A stretch of 55,580 bases of DNA, taken from the NCBI GenBank assembly GCA_001938485.1, contig MQRK01254915.1, forward strand, positions 1 through 55,580. The letters are read 5' to 3'. Both the position numbers and the translations under genes were made by a program. The stretch is from Girardia tigrina (Eukaryota). Positions 13,701 to 25,700 of the stretch are shown here, piece by piece (the first letter of the stretch is position 1; every line of letters begins with the position of its first letter). Below the pieces are notes generated by a model. The model searched no databases and had not been told where the DNA came from. It was given only the letters and a program-made list of their open reading frames with translations.

Positions 13701-16700
13701 AGTAGGCCTGTGTATATCTTAATACAGGATAAAAATTTATTCTTAATTTCAGAAAGACTTATATTGAAATTAGTCTTTTTTATGTTATTCGAATTCCATG
13801 AGGCATTTAGAAGAACAACACCGATGTCTTCCCCATTTATAGTACCACGTATTTCACCCAGAGAATTGTTTTTGGATAATTTAACTAAGATAAATTATAT
13901 TTAATGAGAAGCAATATATAGTTATTTTTAAAATGAAATAGGAAAAAAATTAATATAGAATTATTTTCCTATATAAATCGAACAATAAGGTTTGTAGGAA
14001 TCCCCTTTATATTACAATGACTTATAAAACAACTGTAAAACAATTAACGTTCTATAAATTTATTTGATGAAATGCCCCTACATTCAATTTGATGGTTACT
14101 GATTACTAATACAAAAAGTTTTAAAGGTTACATATTAATTTTGAAAAATAAAGATAAAGTGAGTAAAATACTTACAAAATGACCAACATTCTAATACAAT
14201 GTATACATGTATTTAAGGGCTCTAGATGTTTCATCACCGGACTATTCATCACACTTATTTTTAATAAAAAAATTAAAACTTTTATTTTTAATTTTTATAA
14301 ATATGTTTTTATTTAGTTAAATATTTAGCAGGTGTTATGAATCGTCCGGTGATGAATCATCCACGAGAAAAATTAAAGTGTGATGAATCATTCGGTAATG
14401 AAAAGTCCTAAAATTGTATTAAAAACGGAAAAAGTAATAATGAAATCAAGATTACACTTATTAAATACTTCCTCTATACTCCTTTTATTTAAATTAAAAT
14501 AATAACGAAAAAGAAACAATAGTGCACCATACTGGTCAATCAATTAGCATTATACAGTTTACATATAAAAGAACTTGTCTCAAAGAAGCGAAAAATCAGT
14601 CATAAAAATTTACTTGTTCTGCCTTTGTTTTTAAATTGGACAACAACATAGGCTTTACATGTTGTAGCTTCTTTTTCATAATATTCCAACAATAATTTAT
14701 TGTATTACGATCAGATGAATTAAATGACCAATGATCTAGAACCTGAAATCCAAATTCTTTAAATCAGTCTTTCAATACCTTCGTGGAGTGGGAAGAAGCG
14801 TATTTAAGTTTGAATTTGCAACAATTATTACAGTTAATGAATATTGGAAGATGTTTCTGAGGCACTTTGGAGTATACAAAAATAGTTATAGTTGATTGAG
14901 ACCGTAAAGAACAATAATCGACTAATGCCAATTGAAGTAAAAAAGTGTGAATTTTCCACAAAAAAGATCGATCATTCACCGATCTTTTTTTTTTCATTAT
15001 ATTATATTTTCATTATATCGAAATAAGAGAAAAAAATATAAAAGTTCTTCCCAATGGTCTTCACTATAGCAGTTGACTATTGCTGAGGGATCTCGGGGCA
15101 ATAAATTCTGTAAGGTCAATTATTCTGTAAGATATATTCTTAGTTGAGTTTAATGATATTGTTGGTGGTAATAAGCTCGTAAGTAAAAATCCCTGAGAAG
15201 TATTCTGGTACTCATATTCCGTATGTCTGAAAACAATTATGCGGAAATATTGGTAGAAAAGTTTGTGGATCATGTAACATTAAATGATGATTGAAGAAGT
15301 CTATCTGATGAGAAGTCAACCTTCAGTATCATTGTGCTTTTGGTTTTACTATTTTTCCTTTCTAATCACTATTATATTACATGAAATATCATAATTATAC
15401 ATTGTCCTCAAGACATTCAATATAGAAATGGACAACTTTACAAAAAAGAGATCTTATATATTTTCAAGAAATAACATATAATTGATTCAGCAATTATAAA
15501 GATAGAAAATCATAGAAAAACCGAGACCTCAAGAAAATGTTTTTATTTCAGAAAATAATTTTCTTTGAAGAAGAGAATATTTTTTATTATTTAATCGTAA
15601 TTTATACAAGTATTATGCCAATTATATCTATAAGTTATTCATATGTTTTAAAACGATCTTATAAATGCTCTATAAAATTTAATCAATTGTTCATAAAAAA
15701 TGTATATTATTGTTTTAAAACCGAATTCTTCACGAAATAAGAAAAGTATTAAAAAATAAATTTTTAAAATTTGTAGGTAGAAATGTTTATAGAGGTGTTG
15801 AACTGAAGTTGCTTGCTTGATTAATATTCTATGGCAGGGCTGCCCAACCAGGCGATCGCGACACGAATTTGGGTCGATCTTCTACTACAGACTGAAAATG
15901 AAAAAAAAATGTTTGTAAAAAAAATTTGTAAAAAAAATTTTTTTTTGTAAACACAAATATTAAAAAAAAATTAAGCAATCACTATACTTCTCCGTTTTTT
16001 AGTTTGCTTTGCAAAAGTTTGTTCAAACGCTCTTCATCAAATTCATTTGGTCGTCCTGAACGAGGTGCATCCTTGAGGTCAAAATTGCCAATTTTAAATT
16101 TTGCAAATCAATCACGAGCGGTTATATCAGCTATAGCACCTTCTCCGTATACAGTACAAAGCTCTCGTATTATAACATAATGTAAAAACATAGTATGTAT
16201 TTCTAACTTCCCAATCTCCCTTAAACTACAACTAGGACAACAAGTCGATCGCGACACATTTTTAAGAAACAAAGTCGATCTTACATACACAAAAGTTGGG
16301 CAGAACTGTTCTATGGTATGTGGTTCGATGTGAAAAGTGTTTTAAGCATCTTACTGAACCCCAGAAACACTTTTATTACACGGTTATTCGAAAATATATT
16401 TCAAATCATTTCAAAATATAAAGAAAATAATATTGAAGATGAAAATAATTTTACAAAATATTTTGAATAATTTAAACTTTATTTTGGAATAATTTTTAAT
16501 ATATTTTAAAATAATTCTCTAAAATCACATTGATGATTGATCGACATTCTTATTGCTTAATTAACTCCAATTGTTAATGAAAATTAATAAATGAAAAATA
16601 ATTAAGCAAAATAGCTTAATTTTTTAAAATGTTAAATAATTGTTTAAAAAATTTTTTTTAAGACCACACTCAAATTGTCCAAGATTCTTCTGTGGTAAGC

Positions 16701-19700
16701 ATCGGAAACCTTAAAAATCGACTGAAATTTTCCATAGACAAATTTCTATGGTATTTTTTTGCAGATCGGTATACCATTTTAATTGAGGTTTGATAATCCA
16801 TTGGACTGTATATAAATGTGATTATCTGGATGCTTATTCACATATTTCATTTTCTAGTGGACGATTCACCATCGAATGTTTAATCACCGGATGATTTATC
16901 ATGCCATTTTTTACAGGTTGAAGAAAAATTAAGTACTACTTAAAGAGCAGATCAGGCGTGCAATTGAAAGTTACGGGAGATCAAGTCGTTTGACGTTTTT
17001 AAATGCATTCTCTCATTTGTCATACTGTTAATAAATAAAGTAATTTTTATGTTGTTGTAATGTAAATATATGTTATATATATTTTATCTTAATTCATTAG
17101 TCATAATTTTAATTCAGTCTTGGTCAGGCAGGGAAAATAGGTGTCCTAAAAATAGTTTGTTGTGAAAGTTATCGAATTTAGTACGAATTATCGTTAAAAC
17201 AATTGTTTTAAGCAGGTGTGATAAATCATCAGGTGATGAAAAGTCTTAGAATCATAAATTTCTATTTAAATTCAAATTTCTTATTTATTTTATTTATATT
17301 TTTTAATCCTCTTTTGAATTAAAATTTAAAACGCGAAATTTAAATAACATTTGAATATTGGAACTATTTATCAATCATCAAACATAGTTTGGAGGGGTTT
17401 AACTTTTGATTTTGGTGTCCAAACTACATCTACATTTTCTACTCTACATCGCTTGAATAAAAAATTTATTAATTTACCTTTATCTGAACATTTCGGGATC
17501 CAGACACATTTTATTGTTTCCACTGATTTTTCAGAACACAAACCATTTGGTGACAAACATCTTCGACTTCTAGTTTTAACAGATGAACTATCAACTGTTT
17601 CATAACATGTTTGCGAACATTCACTCCACTCAGACCATGGTGACCATATACTTTTATTTTTATTATCGCATTTGTTTTCGTTACATTTTTGAACATCCTT
17701 AGATGGACCACGACACCATTGTCCTCCAAAAGAAGGTGGTGGTTCCGTACATGTTCTGTCACGTTCTTGAAGTCCTGTTCCACACTTTGTAGAACACTCA
17801 GTCCATGATCCCCAATTAGACCACTGTCCATATACTATCATGTGTACTCAATAATTACTTAATTATAAATAATAAATTGTACCTGGGCATGGAGATTCAT
17901 TACATTTTGTTTTCATAATATTTTGACCATTACAATCTACACCTCCGAATTTTGGTGTAGGTTTATCACAGCGTCTGGTCTTTTGTTTCTCACCAGAACC
18001 ACAACTTTTAGAACAATATGACCATTTCGACCAAGCACTCCAATTTCCATCAATTGGACATTCGCCTTTTGAACAAGACCTGATCTGTACAATTTTAGTA
18101 TAAACTGAGTCTAATTTATTTAGCAAAAACTAATTTTAATCCTTAAACTTTTTATAACTTGTAGATAACAGACTTTAATACTAATTTAATATATAAATGA
18201 TACACAAAAATAAGAAATTTTAAATATTTTGATTAAAAATAAATACTAGAATTTGATATGACCTTTAAAGTTTTCTATTATTTACATTATTAAGCCTTAC
18301 TTCTAAATCTTTTCCTCTACAAAATTTTCCATTATTCTTCGGTTCAGGGTTGTTACAGTGTCGCTCTCTACGTTGGCTTCCACCCGAACCACATGTGACT
18401 GAACAAACTGACCATGAGTTCCATTCGGACCATGCCCCATCAATTGGACAAGGCAAATTTCTTTCACATAGAATGTCTTCCATTGCATCTCCAATACATG
18501 GCTATCTTATGAATTGAAAATGATAGCAAAATAAATATTTACCTTTCCTAAATTACTAGGCGGAGGATTATCGCATCTTCTAGTTCTCTGGCGGATACCG
18601 GAACCACACGTTGTTGAACAAGGACTCCAGTCTTGCCAAGAACTCCATTTGCCATCCGTAGGACAAAATCGTAATAAGCATTCACGTTTTTCTTCACTTT
18701 CTCCGATACATGCCATTCCTTCATTAGATGGCGGAGGATTATTGCAAAGTCGTTTTCTAATTCATTTATATTCAAATTGATTCCAAAAATATAATACCGT
18801 GCCATAAATCCTTTTCCGCAACTAACACTACATTTAGACCATTCTTCCCATTTTGACCATCCTCCAGCAATTTGAACTGTTACATATGCTGGATGAGAGT
18901 AAACTTCTCCTCTATCACTTGAAGCCACACAAAAATATATTCCTTCATGTTCCTTTTGAACTCCAATTATTCTTTAAAATTAAAATAAAATTTCTTGAAA
19001 TATTTCAATTAAATATACAAATATTTGTTAAAACAATAATGGGGAAAACTATAAGTGTTAAAATTAATCTTTGTGATATAACCGAAGCTGTAAAAGAAAT
19101 TATATTCTTAAAAGAAGGTATTCTTCAAGAATTACAAAGAATTATCTTGGCTGGAAAACAACTGTAGGATGGAAGACATTTGGTCGATTACGAAATTCAA
19201 AAAAAATCAACATTATATTTGGTTATGAGGCTGAAAGGGGGTTCCAAAAATGAGCAAGACATCCAACAATACGAACATAAACTAAGTCAAAGAAGAGTAA
19301 TCAAAGCGTAATTAACCAGATCAAGAAGATTATTATTCCAGAACGCTGTTTTCGAAGACGAATGGATAAAGAGAGTGGAAAAATATACCGAAAAACACGA
19401 TCTATTATTGAAAGAGTATGAAAATATGTTGAACCTTGGTTACAAATTAAAAAGAACGGAAATTGGAAGATTAGAAGATGAATTAGATAAAATCGAAGCT
19501 GAGGATCGAGAAATAAATGAAGTAACAAAAGAACGTTACAATATTTTAGAAGATCAAAAATATATTCAGCCAACAAATAAAGGTTATGACACCAAAGAAT
19601 TGGAATCGTTCGAGAAATTACAGATTCCTACGTTTGATGGGACGATTTCAAAATATGAAAATTGGAATGCCATTTTTATGGCGTTCATTGATACCGTAAA

Positions 19701-22700
19701 TGCACCCAAAACAATAAAATTACTTCATTTCAAAAAATATTTAATTGGAGAACCTTCACGAATAACTGAACGGTATGGATTCGATGATAATACTTATAAA
19801 GAAGCATTAAAAGCTTTAGAAAAACGATACGGAGTGGAAAAGAGCTATGTATCTTTGAAAGATGAAGTAAACCGATTTCGAAATGTTGATCGTTGAAAGT
19901 TTAAAGAAGTAGAAAAGTTTACGAATCTTCTACAATCATTAGTGAGTAGATTAAAGCGTTTGGAAAAAATTGCAGATTTGCATCCGGGATTTTTATATCA
20001 ATGTCTAATACTTAAATTACCGGAGATAATGGTTGCAGGATTTGAAAGATAGAGAGAAGACCACCATAAAGATCAAGGAGTTGAAATTTTATGTGAATGG
20101 GTAACAAGAGAAACAGAGATTCGTCAAACAGCTTATGAGACATTATACGGAGTTGATTCAAAAGAACGGATCAAGGACTACAAATTAACAAATATGACAC
20201 AATCTGTTGGAATGACAAGGAAACCAGGTGCGAAATTTTTTAATTCAGAGAAAAAGCAGAAGTGTCCTTGGTTTGAAAAAGGAGAATGTAGTTTCGGGGA
20301 TAATTGTCGAATGATACCTATAAAAGAAAATTCAGCAAAAATTCAACAAACAAATCAAACTGTAGAGAAGTTATGAAGGACTTCTGTAAATTTGGAGAAA
20401 AATGCAAATTTAGCCACTCCAAAATAAGATCAGATTACAAGATATATGATAAAACTGAAAGAAATCAAGAGAGCAAACATAACGATAAAGATAGTGAACT
20501 AAGACGAGAGACACAAAATTCAACTTCTTTGACAGTTGCAATGAGTAAAAATGTGATACTGGATCAGGTGGAAATCGCAATGCGAACATTACCCGTAACA
20601 TTAAAATATGGTGAAAATAAAGTGGATGTCATAGCTTTGCTTGACGATGGTAGTAATTGCAGATATATCTCAGAAGACGTGGCAGAATTATTGAAAATAG
20701 TAGGGAATAAAGAAAACATGACAATTCAAATGTTGAGTGAGACAGAAAGAGTTATGTCTACTAATCAGGTTAAAATTGAGATTTCTGGGGAAAATAATCA
20801 GGAGAGTTGGCCGTTTACAGCCTTAGCCTCAGTTGTTAAAGGAATTAATGTAATAAATTGGAATAGGGAGTCAAAAAAATGGAGACATTTGGAGGAAGTT
20901 CCATTTATTCAAATTAAAGAAGACGAATCAGTTAGCTTAGATCATCCTAAATTTCACAAATCTATCATTGAGATTAGTGGAGGTAAAAATAATCCAATTG
21001 CACGGTTAACGGCGTTGGGTTGGACAGTTGTTGAAAAAATGGGTAAAGGAGAAAGAAAAAAACTTGAATGCTAATTTTTCTTGCGCTGAAATTTTGACAG
21101 ATGCAGATTTAGATAAAATCGTCAGGTGTCAAGAAAAAAATGAATTTTAAATCTGCTTATATATGCAAGCAGTGATTATGTCAACAATGGTTTATTATGT
21201 CATCTAAACACGCCCAATAGGGTTTTGAAAGACCCATTTGAACATTAATCTTAGAATCTAAAGATCTGATATAAAGTGCTTCACAGGCCACCCTCTCCAA
21301 ATAATTCTTAAAACGAGAAACGTTTTAATTTTTCGTTTAAATTGACCAAATCCCTCTGAATATGGGATGCTGAAAATGTATTTTAAATTTGTTGATTCTT
21401 CTTTAACATTTTTTATCTTTAGATCCTAAGATTAATGTTCAAATGGGTCTTTCAAAAACCCTATTGAGTGTGTTTAGATGACATAACAATCCATTTATTA
21501 TATAATCACTGCTTGTCTATATAAGCAGATTTAAAACTGATATTTTTCTTGAGACCTGATGATGACGGTTATACTGTCGAAATTAATTGTCATAAAAAAA
21601 TAATGTTTAGTTAACAAATAGCGTGATTTTGTGTTTAAAAATAATTTGCCATCATTTTTTAATTTTCTGAATAATAATAATAACAATTTATACTGGTAAA
21701 AGTAGTGAAAATGGTTTCTTCCTATGCGTCCACTATTGAGCTCTTGATAATTATGTTCACGTAGAATATGCATCACATTCATATAAAGAGAAGAATCTTT
21801 TGTCAATTCTTGAAGTTATTCCAGAAACATAATCATGAAGGTGGCGACAAAATTGTTGAATATTTTGAGGATTATATGAGGACATGAAATCAAAAATTCT
21901 ATTTTTTTATTAAATTATTTATGATGTATCATTAAACTATTGTATCTAAAATCTATAAATCTTTAAAATGTTAATCGAAAATGATGAATAAATATTTAAG
22001 ATTAAAACAAATAACTGTACTGGATATGGTTTGTTAAGCGGTCCATAATGTTCTTATATTATTTTGCCTTGGGGGCCACATAATCCTTTTATAAAGAGAA
22101 TTAATCATATTTTATTATAGACAGAATATTTATTTTTATAAAATTTACTAGGTTTTCTATTATTCTTTCAGTTGAGAAGGTCTTTATTGCATGTTGTTTT
22201 AGAGTAATGACTCTAGCAAATCTACTGTTCCAATGATTATATTATTACAACTTGATGAAATACTGACTAGTAATAATTAATTTTTAATCAATATTAAAAT
22301 TTACTAAAAATTGCCAAATAAAATTTTAAAAAGTTTTATCATTTAAACTAACATTATTTTACAGAAATAATTTGTTATACTCATAAAAACTGTACAGTGT
22401 AAAGCCATGGGTACACTTATTCGAGTCGTGATTCGATTGTAAAGTTTATGTTATTTTTTAAAATTATGTTTGATAATATTTTTTATTATTTATATATTTA
22501 AATATCATAATATTATTACCTAAGTGAACCATTTTTTATAATAGATTTGACAAAGTCAAAGTCAACTTTCTTTTTATCTTTATACCAACTTATTGCTGGA
22601 ACTGGATATCCTTCAGCTGCACAGTGTAAAACAAGAACATCCCCCAGATTTACCGATGTATTGCTTGGCATGAGTGTTAAAACTGGAGAACCTAAATTAA

Positions 22701-25700
22701 ATTTAATAAATGTTTTTTAAGAATTTTTAATTCCAATTATCATATCTGGGAATACAGAAAAAAATTAATTTCTACATTATTTTTTTTAAAAAGAATATTT
22801 TTGATCTTCAAGAAGATTTTGCTGTCTATTTGGTTGGATAGGAAGGGTAAAGTGTATTAGGAACTGCTTCCAAGGAACTAAACCATTAATGTAAAGGTTT
22901 ACTTTTATTTACTGTTGATAAATGGATTAATTGAATGCATCGGTTAAGGAAAAGCGACCAGAATCGGTCAATCGTAAAGATGTCATTTTTCACTAGGATA
23001 ATGCTAGGCCTCACACAACTTTGGTCCCTCGGATAAAAATGATGGATATTGGTTGAAAATTGATGTTGCACTCATCATATAGTTCTGATTCCGCACCAAT
23101 GGATTACAACTTTTTTCGATCCTTGGACAACTCCATTCATGGTAAAAACTTTCAATGACAATGGCGTTATAAAATCTCACTTAACTCAGTTTTAGACGGA
23201 AAAAGATCATACTTTCTACGAGCGTGGAATTTTCAAGTTGTCAGAGAGACGTCAAAAGGTCATCAAACAAAATGGAAATTAAATCATATATTAAAGTTAA
23301 TTTCAAGTAAAAAAAACTCTTTTTTCAGTGAATAAATCGGCAATTAGGTAGTTGGCAATATAAGTTATAAAAAATTATTATATAAAAATTAAATAATCAA
23401 ATAATAAGATATTATAAAATCAATTTTATCTACAGTACTGGTCAAAAGTCTTAGAACAAAGTACATAAATATCAAATTTATTGTTGCAAACATTTGTACA
23501 AGCAAAACATTGATTAAAATATGGCAGTAATTGATACAAAACATTAAAGCACTATTGTAAAAAGCTGTCTCTGCATGATTAATATTTAGTTGACCTACAG
23601 TGGTTCTTCAAAACATTAAGGCCTTAGTAGCCTCTAAAAACCAGACCGATTTTATTGCATTTTGTAAGTCTTTCAAATAAGTGAGTCTTCTAATTGACAC
23701 TTTTTTCTTTAATATAATCCAAAGATTCTCATTAGGATTAAGGTCTGGGCTGTTTCCAGGCTATTGCAAGACATCAATTCTATTTTCCCTAAACCCCTGT
23801 TTCACAATCTTTGCCTGGTTGCATGGGACACCTTCCTGCTTCAATTTTCCACAATAATGAATTTGCATAATTAGCTTCAGTTTATTTTTCAAAACCTCTT
23901 TGTAAGTAGTGGCATTCGCGGTTGTTCCTGGAGGTAAAACCACAAAGGACGTCGGCCAAAAGCAGAAAAGCACCCAATACCATGCAGGAAGATGGATGCT
24001 TAACGGTAGGGTTTGTATACCATGTATTAATTTTGACCAACTTGTTTCCTTATAAATGGTCTATAACTCTGAAAAACTAGATTCATCTGAAAATAATACT
24101 TTTCGTCATTCAGCTTGAGTCCAGTGGCCATATTTCTTACAAAATGCAATGCGATCGGTTATGTTCTTTTTACTCAAAAGGGTTTTTTGGTTACTTTATA
24201 AGTACGACATTTAAATGTAACCTGCAATCATCGTCTTATACTTCTGCAGTTTAACCGAATTTCAGGTAACTCTGCTTTAATATCTGAAGCGGAGAGAAAC
24301 GGATTCACTACACACATTCTTCAAATCATACTATCATACTTCTTTTTTACAACAATATGAAAATTAAAATATTTATTAACAGTATGACAAATGAGAAATT
24401 CCATTTAAAAACTTCAAACGACTTGAACTCGCGCAACTTTCAACTGCACACTTGATCTGCTCTTTAAGTAGTACATATTTTTTCTTCGGGTTTCTTTGAC
24501 TTCCTGCTGCGGCCTATAAAAAACTTCCAGTCTATATAGCCCTTTCTTTCATTATTCCCTGAAGAAAAGTCCACATTGATGGATGATTGCATAAAAGCAA
24601 TGATTGAAGGCTTTAAATTATAAAATTTTATTTAACCCTTAAATGCATGATTTTTTATTTTTTCATGAAATATTTGATGACAGCTAAAGAATTTTGACGT
24701 TTATATCAATATTGGCGGGAGTTTTGACATGTTTTGTTATAATCGTCATAGACAAAAATGTACAAAGATAATTTATTTACAAAGGACAGCAATTATTTAC
24801 ACAAACTGGATGCATGGCACTTTCAAACGTTTGTTGTATCATTTTTGATACAAGATGCATTCAAGGGTTAAAGTATGATGAATTATTTAATAAAAAATCA
24901 TTAAAAAATTTTATTTAAAGTGTGATGAATTGTCCGGTGATGGAACATCCGATGGTGAATCGTCCTCTAGAAAAATAAAAATGTAATGAAGCGTCCTGTG
25001 ATGAATCATCCGGTGATGAATATTAACATATGTTAATATTCATAACGTTATACTGATTAAATTAAAAATACATGAAATTATTAACAGTTTTTAAATTGTA
25101 AATAATATTTTTAAAGTTCGTACTTTTAACAAGGAAATTGACTTGGCCTTGGGCTTCCCCTGCTGTATTGGACGCAATGCATTGGTATGTACCCGTATCT
25201 CGGGACTGAAAAAGGTAAATATTTAACCGTATTTCTGAAAGCAATTATACTTCAGCATGATCTATAATTAAATTTGAGTTGCTTATAAAAAGCCGAGAAC
25301 TGTTTTGAACAACGATTCCATTCTTTAACCATATTATTGAATCAACTTTTCCTTCCACTTTACACATAAGGATGGATCGTTTTAGATTTTCTTTTGGTTG
25401 ATCCGACTGATAAACAGTGACTTTTGGTTTTGCTGGAAAAGAAAAGAATCGATTATACCATGAAAAATATTAAAATTTCAACAATAAGAAAATAATTTTG
25501 AATTTTTAAAGACATGGACAAAAATAAAAGTAAAATAAAAATATTTTTTAATTTTTATTTCAGAATTTTAATGTTTCTAATTTTTTGCTAACAATATATA
25601 TTATATAAATAAATTAAAATCTCAATTTTTACAAATTTACAGTTATCATTATTAATTAAATAAAAAGTATAAAACTCAAATTATTATAAAAGTCTAAAAG

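Noticed and set aside
14330-14410. GTGATGAA repeats as hammerheads or a CRISPR-like array
   Set aside because: The core is GTGATGA rather than CTGANGA, spacing is irregular, the arrays are inverted, and this is a eukaryotic intron with no cas genes.
14640-15350. Short minus-strand ORFs (14764-14997, 15064-15273) as a nested gene
   Set aside because: No recognisable motif or consistent splice pattern; probably old TE debris.
18853-19167. ORF-track protein with a 54-aa extension before ubiquitin
   Set aside because: The extension is mostly the antisense of hemicentin exon 23 and its acceptor region. The real unit starts at 19015.
19165-19311. Stop-codon reassignment or programmed readthrough to explain TAG/TAA inside Ub-Gag
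   Set aside because: All three stop types occur, at positions expecting different residues (e.g. E and W), together with a lost ATG and a frameshift. The hemicentin exons have no in-frame stops. Simple decay explains it.
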